From: an uncultured Roseibium sp.
Lineage (GTDB): Bacteria > Pseudomonadota > Alphaproteobacteria > Rhizobiales > Stappiaceae
DNA length: 64,000 nt
Direction: 5' to 3'
NCBI GenBank assembly: GCA_963669205.1
Contig: OY769915.1
Span: 2,199,063-2,263,062 of the forward strand
The notes beneath the pieces are model-generated. The model worked only from the letters and a program-made list of their open reading frames with translations. It was not told where the DNA came from and ran no database searches. Positions 18,717-28,247 of this stretch are shown in pieces. Position 1 is the stretch's first letter, and the number at the start of each line of letters is the position of its first letter. The position numbers were made by a program, and so were the translations under genes.

Positions 18717-19611
18717 CCACTCAGATCTGCCGGAAAGCGGCGGTGTGTCATACGCCGTGATAATTCCCCATTACGAAGATGTCGCCCGGCTCACCTTGTG
18801 CCTGGAAGCGCTTTTCGATGCGGACGATGACGTGCTGGCTGATGTTGAGGTCGCGGTCGTCGACAACGGTTCCAGCCAAAGTCTCGCAGAGCTTGAAGCT
18901 CGATTCCCGCGGGCGCGGTTCCTGATCGAAAAGGAAAAGGGAGCTGCAGCCGCGCGCAACAAGGGAGTCGCCGAGACGACGGCGCCATATTTGTTCTTTC
19001 TGGACGCGGACTGCATACCTGGTCCTGACTGGCTTGAAACTGCAAAGCATGCCGTCAATAGGGCTGATCTTGTCGGCGGGCGCATCGACACGTTTGACGA
19101 AACCCCTCCGCCGCGCTCGGGTGCGGAAGCTTTCGAGGCGGTTTTTGCGTTTCGCCAGAAAGCCTACGTTGAAGAGAAAGGGTTTTCGGTTTCTGCAAAC
19201 CTGTTAACGGCGCGCGCGGTTTTCGAAGATACCGGCGGATTTATTGTTGGCGTCTCGGAGGATCTGGACTGGTGCCAGCGGGCCCTGGCGAAAGGCCATA
19301 AACTGACGTATGCGGACGACTTGGTGGTCCGCCACCCGAGCCGGCAGGACTGGACCGCGCTCCGGAAGAAATGGCAGAGGCTCAGTTCCGAAGCATTTCA
19401 CCTCAACGGGGTATCAATAGGACGTAGACTGATTTGGGCCTGCAAAGCCTGCGTCGTGCTGCTGTCGCTGGCTGTCCACGCGCCAAAACTGCTTATGAGC
19501 TCGAAGCTCGACAGTTCAAAAGAGAGACTTGCGGGCCTGGTGACGCTCGTTCGACTGCGGATCTGGCGCACCTGCTACATGCTGCTTCAGGCGATGTCAC
19601 TGAGGTCGTGA
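18709..19611 (+). CDS. family 2 glycosyltransferase
   Basis: ATG 18709 overlaps the acetyltransferase stop (ATGGCTGA). YAVIIPHYEDVARLTLCLEAL...VVDNGSS...FLDADC is a GT2 signature. Confidence 0.85.
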   Translation: MADHSDLPESGGVSYAVIIPHYEDVARLTLCLEALFDADDDVLADVEVAVVDNGSSQSLAELEARFPRARFLIEKEKGAAAARNKGVAETTAPYLFFLDADCIPGPDWLETAKHAVNRADLVGGRIDTFDETPPPRSGAEAFEAVFAFRQKAYVEEKGFSVSANLLTARAVFEDTGGFIVGVSEDLDWCQRALAKGHKLTYADDLVVRHPSRQDWTALRKKWQRLSSEAFHLNGVSIGRRLIWACKACVVLLSLAVHAPKLLMSSKLDSSKERLAGLVTLVRLRIWRTCYMLLQAMSLRS

Positions 19612-19693
19612 GTGACGGCCGCATCAGATTCGGGACGAACAGCCGTTGTGATTGCAGAATTCATCGCCGATCGATCGGCGCACAGAATGTTAT

Positions 19694-21769
19694 TCAGGCC
19701 CTCGGTCCAGGTGGTCCGGCCAGCTGTCCAAAATTGTATAGGTCTTCGGAACCGTCCAGCGCCGCTCCAAGGGGGCCGGATCCCTTCGATGCGTAAATGC
19801 TTCCCTGTTTGGGGCGCGCCAGGGTGATTGCGTCTTCGAAGGTCACGGGGAAGTGGATCTGAGTGCCCTTGTCAGCCACATTGAAATTGTCCGCGACCTG
19901 GGACCACACCATCATGTTTACATGATTGCCGACCGTGTTGCTTTTGTCGACGTTGGTGCCGACTGGAACCTTGGCTGCGAAATTACCATTCACGACAAAA
20001 TTAGATCCCTGGTGGATCAAGATCGGCAAGGCGGATGGACCGCCATTGGAAACGCTGTTCGCGTTTCCCGAGCCGTTGAGATCTCCGGGCCAAGGCGTTC
20101 CGAGAAAGTTTTGCGAGATGTTCGCACCGTTGCTGTTTGTGCCATCAATGCGAATGCCGTTTACGGCACCGGTCAGCCAGAAAATATTGTAGCGCACATC
20201 CAGATTGTTCACACCGTTGGAAATCGTGTTGGTGAACAGGCCTTGATAAACCGGGCCTGACCGATAGATGGCCCACCTCCTGTTTTGCGGCTGCAGCCGC
20301 AGAGTGACCGTCTCCCAGGGCTCGATCAGAACGCTGGAGGTTACATTCTTTCGGGCATCGGCGTCGTAAAGGATGAAGCCGCTTGCATCAATAACGATCG
20401 GATGAGCGGGCCTGAAGCGCGCCTGAATGGCGAGATCCAGTTCTCGGGAGGCAGAGGAGGGGTCGCTGAGGGTGATCGTCGACGGCGCGTCGCTTGCATC
20501 GATAATGATTAACCGTCCGCGATCGGATGGCCCTATCGCGAGATCGCCAACGACGTAAGCCTTGTCTCTGGAAAGGGACCCGGACAGTGGTGTCGTCGGC
20601 CATGCGGGCGCAAGGTGCCCCTCTACACCCGGAAACACAACGTTCCCGATAACGGATAGGCCTGTCTGGGTCTTGCCGCCACTCTGCTCATAGATGTGTA
20701 TAAAATCCGGATGATACCCGTGATCGCCGATCCAGTCGTGACATATGTTGTTGGTTATCTCGATGTCTTGGCAGTCATCGAGAATTTCGATGGAATCATC
20801 CCAGCAGTAGCGTTGGATGCACCTGTCCACGCGATGATTGCGGCCGATGAGCACCACGCCGATGCACAGATACTCGAACGTACAATTGGTGAGTGAAATG
20901 CGTGATCCGCCTCTGACATCAAGTCCTTTCGACCTTTTGGCGGGGCGCAGTCCCGTTTTCCGGGCAACGGGCGCGTCAGATCTGAAATGACACCCGACAA
21001 AGCTGACATTTTCCGGATTGCCTCTCTCATTCACTTCGAAGATCGACGCGCGCCCGGTGACGTTGCCGACAAGCTTGTCCTCTGTGCCATAGTCTTTTCT
21101 GAAATAGATACCCTCGAACAGGACATCGCCCTGGGTATTTGGCGTCGTGTGTGAAACGATCGCCGCCTCTTCCCAGATGGGGCCGCTCACGTATGTCCAC
21201 GCCGATGTCGTGATGAGATCAACTGCCGGCTGGTTGGTCGGCGCTGCCTTGAAGGCGGTTGGAGACGACAGATTGTCGAACTTGCCGGCAAGCAATCCCT
21301 TGTTCGTCTGATAGTAGCCCAAACGCCCGAAAAGCGTCCGGCCGGACAGGTCCTTGCTGATGAGCATGGTGAGTTCGTCAAGGGTTGAGTAGCATTCACC
21401 GGCAATTTTGCTTTCGATGACGAGTTTGATGTCATTCCCATAGATGTCTCTGACAACAATGAGGAGGCCATCATCAACGTCAGGTGTGCCATCCGCCACC
21501 AGACGCCCTGACTTGTTTATTGTCCAGACACGTTGTGACCCAGCCTGATCCAGAACCGTATCGAGCTCGACTTCGATACCGTTCAAATCAAACGGTTTGA
21601 ACCCGCCAAATCCGCCGGGTGTCGCCGTTGCAAAAAAAGCGGGCTGATCGGTCACGACGGACGATTGTGAAGAAAGCGCGGTGCTGCTGAACAGCAATCC
21701 CATTCCGGAAAGAATGCCGAGGAAACAACGACGGCTTACACGTTCGTCGAAAAGAATGCTGACACTCAT
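19694..21769 (-). CDS. Tat-exported right-handed beta-helix protein, candidate polysaccharide hydrolase/lyase
   Basis: The N-terminus MSVSILFDERVSRRCFLGILSGMGLLFSSTALS contains the twin-arginine consensus (S-R-R-x-F-L). The body has repeated short beta-helix turns (NCTFEY..IGVVLIG, ITNNICHDW, VIGNVVF). Confidence 0.75.
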   Translation of the reverse strand: MSVSILFDERVSRRCFLGILSGMGLLFSSTALSSQSSVVTDQPAFFATATPGGFGGFKPFDLNGIEVELDTVLDQAGSQRVWTINKSGRLVADGTPDVDDGLLIVVRDIYGNDIKLVIESKIAGECYSTLDELTMLISKDLSGRTLFGRLGYYQTNKGLLAGKFDNLSSPTAFKAAPTNQPAVDLITTSAWTYVSGPIWEEAAIVSHTTPNTQGDVLFEGIYFRKDYGTEDKLVGNVTGRASIFEVNERGNPENVSFVGCHFRSDAPVARKTGLRPAKRSKGLDVRGGSRISLTNCTFEYLCIGVVLIGRNHRVDRCIQRYCWDDSIEILDDCQDIEITNNICHDWIGDHGYHPDFIHIYEQSGGKTQTGLSVIGNVVFPGVEGHLAPAWPTTPLSGSLSRDKAYVVGDLAIGPSDRGRLIIIDASDAPSTITLSDPSSASRELDLAIQARFRPAHPIVIDASGFILYDADARKNVTSSVLIEPWETVTLRLQPQNRRWAIYRSGPVYQGLFTNTISNGVNNLDVRYNIFWLTGAVNGIRIDGTNSNGANISQNFLGTPWPGDLNGSGNANSVSNGGPSALPILIHQGSNFVVNGNFAAKVPVGTNVDKSNTVGNHVNMMVWSQVADNFNVADKGTQIHFPVTFEDAITLARPKQGSIYASKGSGPLGAALDGSEDLYNFGQLAGPPGPRA

Positions 21770-22100
21770 GTCTTTTCAAACTCCTGCGAAGTGTCCTCCG
21801 GTTGCCTGCAGGCTAACCAGGCTTCACTCCAGATTGTCTGCGGCGAATATGGTCGACGCGCTGTGTAACTTTAATCTCTCTTTGACAGCATTGAAAAGGC
21901 ATAGCGAACGAAGATTTTCCCCGCGTTAGACGACGCTCGGGGTCGCGAAACGCGCGGGTCAAGTGCGTGTTTCCAAAGGCAGGAACAGTGCGGCGGCGCG
22001 GTACACGAGACACAGCTGGAATTGGCAGAGGACCGCAATCCGCCTGATCGCCTCAGCTGTCTTTTTCAGGCCGCGTCTTGAGAGTGACCCGGCGCGTTGA

Positions 22101-23387
22101 TCACGTCGATTCCGACATGTTCGCAGAACCGGAAACCTTCGACAGTTCCTTGGGCTTTAGAAGCGTGCGGTATGCGTCCAGCATCGAATGTTTTTCGATG
22201 TCCCAGTGAAACTCCCGTTGCGCCCTGTCGGTCGCATAGGCGGTCATTTGCGCGCGTCTCTCAGGGTCTGCAAGCAGATCCATCATGCCTTGGGCGAGGC
22301 TCTCCGGAGTGCTGTCTGGGACGATGTGCGCGGCGTCGCCCGCGTCGATTTTCGCCTGCTCCAGGTCAAACTGTACGAACGGCATGCCGAGGGCCATGTA
22401 TTCGAAGACCTTGTTCATCGAGAGTTTGTCATTGCAAACGTTTGGCGGATCAGGGATGACCCCTATGTCGCATGCGGACAGTTTCTGCAGAAGAGGGGCG
22501 CCCGTCATGTAACCCGTAAATTCGATATGACCGGTCAGATTGAGCTCAGCAGACATCGCCCGCAGCCTGTCGTAATCCGGACCGTCGCCAATAATGACAC
22601 AGCCGATATCGTCACGGCCTTGCACATTGACGATGTGATCCATCGCCTTGACAAGGTACTCGACACCATCTTGCTCGGCCATGATGCCGACATATCCCGC
22701 CAGATATCGGCGTCCGCGCTTGGCATTGGGGTCCGGTTCCGTCCGTTTGAAACGCGCGATATCCGGAAAACTTCTGACGACCCAAACCTTGTCAGGCGGC
22801 ATCTTGCCGGTATGGATCGCCCGGTCCTTGAGGGTCTCATTGGTGGCCAGGCTGCCATCAGCGAGTTTGAAAGTGCACTTCTCGAAGAACGTCAGCAGGC
22901 GATGGAAAAAGCCCTTCTTGCCGAATTTGACTTCGTAGAGCTCCGGGTTGATGTCGTGCTGGTCGAAAAGAAACTTCTTGCCGAAAAACACCTTGTGGAA
23001 CATCGCTACGAGAAAAATGAGATCGGGAGGATTGCAGGCGTGGATCACATCGAACCCGTGCTTTCGCAAAACTTTGATCGACAAACGCATTTCGTGAAAA
23101 AGTGCGGCGGAATACTCCGCAAGGTACCCGAGAGCGCCCGATGCTTCGAGCGGCAGGTTGTGCCGGTAGATGTGAATGCCGTCCAGCGTTTCCTCGTGTG
23201 CCGTGTGTTTCTTGCCGGTCGGGCAGATAACCGACACCTCGTATCCTGCTTGGCGTAGCGCGGTCGCTTCCTGCCAGACGCGGCGGTCAAAAGGGACGGG
23301 CAGGTTTTCAACGATGATGAGGACCTTGCCTGCCACAGGTAACTGTTTGCTGTTCGTTTCAGCCAACGATCCAACTCCTCGACACAA
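22101..23387 (-). CDS. family 4 (GT-B) glycosyltransferase
   Basis: KVLIIVENLPVPFDRRVWQEATALRQAGYEVSVICP is a typical N-terminus for EPS-associated GT4 enzymes. The C-terminal E(x7)E-like region is FEYMALGMPFV. The start codon is uncertain (TTG in the track). Confidence 0.88.
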   Translation of the reverse strand: MCRGVGSLAETNSKQLPVAGKVLIIVENLPVPFDRRVWQEATALRQAGYEVSVICPTGKKHTAHEETLDGIHIYRHNLPLEASGALGYLAEYSAALFHEMRLSIKVLRKHGFDVIHACNPPDLIFLVAMFHKVFFGKKFLFDQHDINPELYEVKFGKKGFFHRLLTFFEKCTFKLADGSLATNETLKDRAIHTGKMPPDKVWVVRSFPDIARFKRTEPDPNAKRGRRYLAGYVGIMAEQDGVEYLVKAMDHIVNVQGRDDIGCVIIGDGPDYDRLRAMSAELNLTGHIEFTGYMTGAPLLQKLSACDIGVIPDPPNVCNDKLSMNKVFEYMALGMPFVQFDLEQAKIDAGDAAHIVPDSTPESLAQGMMDLLADPERRAQMTAYATDRAQREFHWDIEKHSMLDAYRTLLKPKELSKVSGSANMSEST

Positions 23388-23634
23388 AATACAATATAAA
23401 AATCACGACAGATATACGGCGAATGTGATCGCAAGGTCAAACAGAACCGAACCAGTCCGGAAGTGCTTTGCAAATTAAGATTAATTGATCAAAATTTTTA
23501 GTAAAATTTGCATGAACCCCGCATTTTCACCAATAATTTAGTTACAAATTGGTCCGGGATATGAGATTTATGGGCCCATAATTAGTGTGCGGCGTCACTC
23601 GCCGCCATGGCATCGATTTTGAACGGAAACATTC
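23388..23634. promoter_or_regulatory. AT-rich divergent promoter region between the GT4 gene and the exosortase gene
   Basis: A 247-bp intergenic region with long A/T runs (aaatacaatataaaaatc, ttaagattaattgatcaaaattttta) lies between two divergently oriented genes. No specific -35/-10 elements or operators are assigned. Confidence 0.4.
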
Positions 23635-25245
23635 ATGACTGCCGATATTCGTAACGATAGTGCCGGTTTATCAAATGACTATGCGTCGTTGGCGATGCGG
23701 GCCATACCCTGGATAATTGTTGCTTCCCTGGGTGCAGCCGCGTTTTTCTGGGATGGCCTGATTTCCCTGGGTGCTGCGTGGTCGCGCCCGGAATACAGCT
23801 ACGGACCGCTTGTTCCGCTGATCACTCTTTACATGACATTGTTGGAAATTCACCGGCACCCGGTGAAACCGGATCATGGCAGTCGTGTCGTCGGTCTGGC
23901 GGTCTTTGTGCTGTCGCTGCTTGTCGGTCTGATCGGCAATCTGGTTGAAATACCCGACATCATAACGTACGGGTTCATATTGTACGTTGGCGCGTTCATC
24001 CTGCTTCTGGCGGGAACACGAGAAGGCTTCAGGTTCTGGCCGGGCTGGCTGCACCTGATTTTCATGCTGCCTTTGCCTCAGTTTATCTATCTCAAAATTT
24101 CGACTGAACTGCAGGCCGTTTCGGCCGAAATAGGTGTTGCTGTCATTCAGTTTATGGGGATCCCGGTTCTGCTTGACGGCACGGTTATCGACCTCGGAGA
24201 GTACAAGCTGCTGGTCGCAGAGGCCTGCAGCGGCCTGCGCTATTTGTTCCCCCTGTTCAGTTTCGGCTGGCTGATGGCGGTGCTCTACAATGGTCCCAAT
24301 TGGCACAGGGTTGTCATTTTCCTGGCGACTATTCCCGTCACGATCCTGATGAACTCCTTCCGGGTTGGCATGATCGGTGTTCTCGTCAACCACTTCGGGA
24401 TCGGGCACGCGGAAGGCTTCATTCATTATTTCGAAGGCTGGGTGATCTTCATCTCCTGCACCGTGATTCTGTACATACTTGCTTGGCTCCTGTCGCGTTT
24501 CTTTTCATTCGGTCGCGAGCGCCCAAAATACATCATCGGGATGGACTACGAAGGTGTGCTGGGGCCGTTGAAGAAGTTTCCCTCGGTAATGGCGGGGAAA
24601 GCCTTTGTCGCGGCGTCTATCATTGCGTTGGTTGCCGGTGTCGCCTGGCAATTGGCACCGACGCCCGCACCGGCCTCTATAAACCGGCTCCCGCTTGGAA
24701 TTTTCCCCATGCATGTCGAGAACTGGCAGGGCAGGGCGACAATCCTTGACCGGGATATCGAACGCGTTCTGGGAGCGGATGAGTATCTGCTGGCCGACTA
24801 CAAACAGGACGGTGCGAACGTCAATCTGCTGATGACGTTCTACCAGTCGCAGACCAAAGGATCTGGCATTCACTCACCCGAGATCTGCCTGCCCGGTGGT
24901 GGTTGGGAAGTCTCCAAGTGGGAACAGAAAACAATCAATGTTGGGGCTGCAGACAACGCGAAATCCATAAAGGTCAACCGCGCTGTCATTCAGTTGGGTC
25001 TCCAGCGCCAGCTCGTTTACTTCTGGTTTGAACAACGTGGCAGGCGGATCACCAACGATTTCGAGGCCAAATTCGTTTCCATGTGGGACACGTTCTCGGA
25101 AGGCCGTTCCGACGGAGGTCTGGTTCGCGTTGTCACGCCGATCGCGCCGGGCGAAGACGTGGAACGGGCCGACGATCGCCTGCAGACTTTCCTTGACGGC
25201 GTCGTGCCGATGTTGCCGCAGTACTTCCCGGCAATCGAAGCATAG
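23635..25245 (+). CDS. xrtD: exosortase with fused C-terminal EpsI-family domain (XrtD-like, VPLPA-CTERM-specific by context)
   Basis: The N-terminal ~290 aa are polytopic and carry exosortase signature motifs: the catalytic Cys in VAEACSGLRYLF (Cys codon 24226-24228), NSFRVGMIG (Arg) and HYFEGWVIF (His). The C-terminal ~240 aa carry the EpsI hallmark SGIHSPEICLPGGGWEV. Two VPLPA-CTERM cargo genes lie in the same locus. Confidence 0.8.
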   Translation: MTADIRNDSAGLSNDYASLAMRAIPWIIVASLGAAAFFWDGLISLGAAWSRPEYSYGPLVPLITLYMTLLEIHRHPVKPDHGSRVVGLAVFVLSLLVGLIGNLVEIPDIITYGFILYVGAFILLLAGTREGFRFWPGWLHLIFMLPLPQFIYLKISTELQAVSAEIGVAVIQFMGIPVLLDGTVIDLGEYKLLVAEACSGLRYLFPLFSFGWLMAVLYNGPNWHRVVIFLATIPVTILMNSFRVGMIGVLVNHFGIGHAEGFIHYFEGWVIFISCTVILYILAWLLSRFFSFGRERPKYIIGMDYEGVLGPLKKFPSVMAGKAFVAASIIALVAGVAWQLAPTPAPASINRLPLGIFPMHVENWQGRATILDRDIERVLGADEYLLADYKQDGANVNLLMTFYQSQTKGSGIHSPEICLPGGGWEVSKWEQKTINVGAADNAKSIKVNRAVIQLGLQRQLVYFWFEQRGRRITNDFEAKFVSMWDTFSEGRSDGGLVRVVTPIAPGEDVERADDRLQTFLDGVVPMLPQYFPAIEA

Positions 25246-25527
25246 CTTGCGGCTGAACAGAAGCGGTCCGGCGTACCGGGCCGCTCATGCATTCAAGACA
25301 TTCTCCTGAAGCGAAAAGGTGTTTGTTACGCGTCTCCGGCCCTAAACCGGTGCCCACAGACCTGCCTTACCGGGAAGCTGCACCCCGTGCCGAACGCGCT
25401 CATCGTGGAGGCTAACTCGCAGCACGTCTCCGTTTTTTGATGCATGGCGTTTAAAATCGGATAAGAGGGGACGGCGGGTCAGTCGCAAGACCTGACCGAG
25501 TGATTTCCAGGACGGACGACGCCGAAA

Positions 25528-26871
25528 ATGAAATCTGAAACCCCGAAGCATTCCGGTTTGCTCGATAGGATCCTCGACAGAAGTGCGCAAGTGGGCGTGA
25601 TCGGCCTCGGCTACGTCGGTTTGCCCCTGGCCGTAACGACAGCTCTTCGCGGTTTTTCTGTTACCGGCTTTGATATCGATGAAAGCAAACCGGACAGGCT
25701 GAACGCCGGCGAAAGTTACATTGCAGCCGTCCCGGACGAAATGCTCAAAAGCGCAGGCGACAATGGCAGCGTCACATGGACTGCGGACTTCTCCGGTCTG
25801 TCTGAATGCGACGTCATCGTCATATGCGTCCCGACGCCTTTGACAAAGCACCGTGAACCCGACCTCACATACGTGGAGCACACGGCGCGGGCAATAGCGG
25901 AGCACATGCGCAACGGAGCGCTGGTGGTTCTGGAATCCACGACGTTTCCAGGAACGACGGAAGAGGTCCTGACGCCCATACTTGCATCAAGCGGACGCAA
26001 TCCGGACAGCGATTTCTGGGTGGCCTTCAGCCCGGAACGCGAGGACCCGGGCAACGAGACCTACCGCACCCATTCCATTCCCAAGATAGTCGGAGCGGAC
26101 TCCGAGGCATCAAGAACGCTTGCCGCTGCCTTTTACGGGAATGTGGTCGACCAGGTCGTACCGGTTTCGTCGGCCAAGACTGCTGAGGCGGTCAAGATCA
26201 CGGAAAACATCTTCCGCGCGGTGAACATTGCGCTCGTGAACGAACTGAAGGTCATCTACGACGCGATGGGCATCGATGTCTGGGAAGTCATCGAAGGAGC
26301 CGCAACGAAACCGTTCGGCTTCATGCCCTTCTATCCGGGGCCGGGTCTGGGGGGGCACTGCATCCCGATCGACCCGTTTTACCTGACCTGGAAAGCCCGT
26401 GAGTTCGGCCACACCACACGCTTCATAGAACTGGCCGGTGAAATCAACGTGACCATGCCCACCTTTGTCATTTCCAAACTGCGGGAAGTGCTTGACCTGC
26501 ACTGTGGCAAGGGCCTGTCCACGTCCAGAATCCTGCTGGTCGGTATCAGTTACAAGAAGAACGTTCCCGACATGCGCGAAAGCCCTTCGGTCACCTTGAT
26601 GGACATCTTGCTGAAAAGCGGCGCGCAGGTGGATTTTCTGGATCCCCATGTGGCGCGAATTCCCCGGATGCGGGAGTTTCCTCATCTGTTGGACAGAATT
26701 TCCGTTCGGATGGAGGATGTTTCAGCTGCGGCCTATGACGCCGTCCTCATTTCCACCGACCACGATACGATTGATTACGGGCGGCTGGTCTCGCTGGACA
26801 TTCCAATCGTCGACACACGCAATGCCATTGCCTCACGCGGTCTGGCAATGAAGATGGTGACAAAGGCTTAA
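25528..26871 (+). CDS. nucleotide-sugar dehydrogenase (UDP-GlcNAc/UDP-ManNAc 6-dehydrogenase-like; UDP-glucose/GDP-mannose dehydrogenase family)
   Basis: VGVIGLGYVGLPLAV is a Rossmann motif. The catalytic-Cys region is GLGGHCIPIDP. The length and layout are typical of WbpA/TviB/WecC-type enzymes. Confidence 0.88.
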   Translation: MKSETPKHSGLLDRILDRSAQVGVIGLGYVGLPLAVTTALRGFSVTGFDIDESKPDRLNAGESYIAAVPDEMLKSAGDNGSVTWTADFSGLSECDVIVICVPTPLTKHREPDLTYVEHTARAIAEHMRNGALVVLESTTFPGTTEEVLTPILASSGRNPDSDFWVAFSPEREDPGNETYRTHSIPKIVGADSEASRTLAAAFYGNVVDQVVPVSSAKTAEAVKITENIFRAVNIALVNELKVIYDAMGIDVWEVIEGAATKPFGFMPFYPGPGLGGHCIPIDPFYLTWKAREFGHTTRFIELAGEINVTMPTFVISKLREVLDLHCGKGLSTSRILLVGISYKKNVPDMRESPSVTLMDILLKSGAQVDFLDPHVARIPRMREFPHLLDRISVRMEDVSAAAYDAVLISTDHDTIDYGRLVSLDIPIVDTRNAIASRGLAMKMVTKA

Positions 26872-26993
26872 GGCCGTTACCTGGCGGTTTCAGCGGCAGA
26901 CCGTAGCGCCAGGCAGTGCCTCAGGGGAAACGGCGCCGGCTGCAAGAGCCGCCGGCAGCTGCTTCAGGTCATCCTCGAGACGCGCTTGGCACC

Positions 26994-27836
26994 TTATTGC
27001 GGAAGGGCCATGTCTGGCTGTACCGCAAACACGCCAAACCGCCGCTTGTCGTCCAGCACGCGCTTTACGATATCGGGCGTTATCTCCTCCGCTTCGGTCG
27101 CAAATCCGTAAAGAAGCGCGGTATCGCAAAGGGTGTTGATCAGGCGAGGGGTTCCCTGCGTCGCGTAATAGATCAGATCGCAGGCACCCGGTGTGAACAG
27201 CGACCTCTTGGCACCTGCCACCTTCAGCCTGTGTGCGATATACCCGGCCACTTCCTGCTGTTCGAGAAAAGACAGATGAAAGTCCGAGGTCACGCGCTGA
27301 ACGAACTGCCTGAGACTTGGCGCGGCCAACATCGTTTTCAGTTCGGGCTGCCCGCTCAGCACGATCTGGAGCAGTTCGCGGTTATGCGTGTTGATGTTTG
27401 AAAGCATTCTCAGTTCTTCAAGGGTTTCCGAACCGAGATTTTGCGCTTCGTCAACGATAAGAACCGTCCTGCGGCCCTGTTCATACTGTTCGATCAGGAA
27501 ATCCCTGAACTGTTTGTAGAGCTTGACGTGAGAGTCGGTGTCAAAGTCCTGATCAAACGCCATCAGAACCCACTGCAGCAGTTCTCCGCCTCCGCCGGTA
27601 TTCGACAGGAGCCCGACACAGATGTCGCCCGGAAGCTTACTGAGCAGATGTTGAATGAGCGTCGTTTTACCTGCACCCACCTCGCCAGTGATCACGGTAA
27701 AGCCGGCATGGTTTACAATGCCGTATTCCAGCATCGCAAACGCCATGCTGTGGGGACCCGCCCAATAGATGAAGCGTGGATCCGGTACTAGCGCAAATGG
27801 CTTCGTCAAGAGGCCGTAATACGGCTCATACATCAT
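26994..27836 (-). CDS. exosortase/PEP-CTERM locus-associated AAA ATPase (ExeA/GspA-like)
   Basis: The probable true N-terminus MMYEPYYGLLTKPFALVPDPRF resembles the YGL..PF start of this family. Walker A is ITGEVGAGKTTL and Walker B is LIVDEAQNL. The track ORF starts 69 nt upstream. Confidence 0.82.
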   Translation of the reverse strand: MMYEPYYGLLTKPFALVPDPRFIYWAGPHSMAFAMLEYGIVNHAGFTVITGEVGAGKTTLIQHLLSKLPGDICVGLLSNTGGGGELLQWVLMAFDQDFDTDSHVKLYKQFRDFLIEQYEQGRRTVLIVDEAQNLGSETLEELRMLSNINTHNRELLQIVLSGQPELKTMLAAPSLRQFVQRVTSDFHLSFLEQQEVAGYIAHRLKVAGAKRSLFTPGACDLIYYATQGTPRLINTLCDTALLYGFATEAEEITPDIVKRVLDDKRRFGVFAVQPDMALPQ

Positions 27837-28247
27837 CGACCCCGAGCTACGTGACTGTTGAAATTTATTGTCCTGTTGCATTGTCCACCATCGGTAAAAT
27901 AGCAACGTGTTATAACTATATGGTGATGCTTACCTTACCGTTTCATTTTGTAGCTATTAAGTAATTTTCTCGCACACATTCAAGAATTTACTCGATAGAT
28001 GGTGAGATCGTCAGTGTTTTTTTCGGCACAATACACCAGCAAGGCACCACCCAGACATAGGTTGATTTCGGCCGTTTACAATAAACTTAATAGCAATCAA
28101 TTGAGGCGAAATCACAGCGATTGAATATGCTAAAGCACACAGGTAGAAAATGTAAAGTATTAAACTCGCACTCCTTTTGCAGTATCCGAAGTTACAGGGA
28201 GGATGCAAGGATTGAAAGGCAAAAAAATAACCAGTTTTGCCGAGTAA

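Noticed and set aside
22188-23258. 356-aa plus-strand ORF opposite the GT4 gene
   Set aside because: It is an antisense shadow. The minus-strand frame has the GT4 N-terminal and E(x7)E-type motifs.
25262-25285. Hairpin agcggtccgg-cgta-ccgggccgct after the exosortase gene as a terminator
   Set aside because: The stem has one mismatch and is not followed by a T-tract. That evidence is not enough to call an intrinsic terminator.
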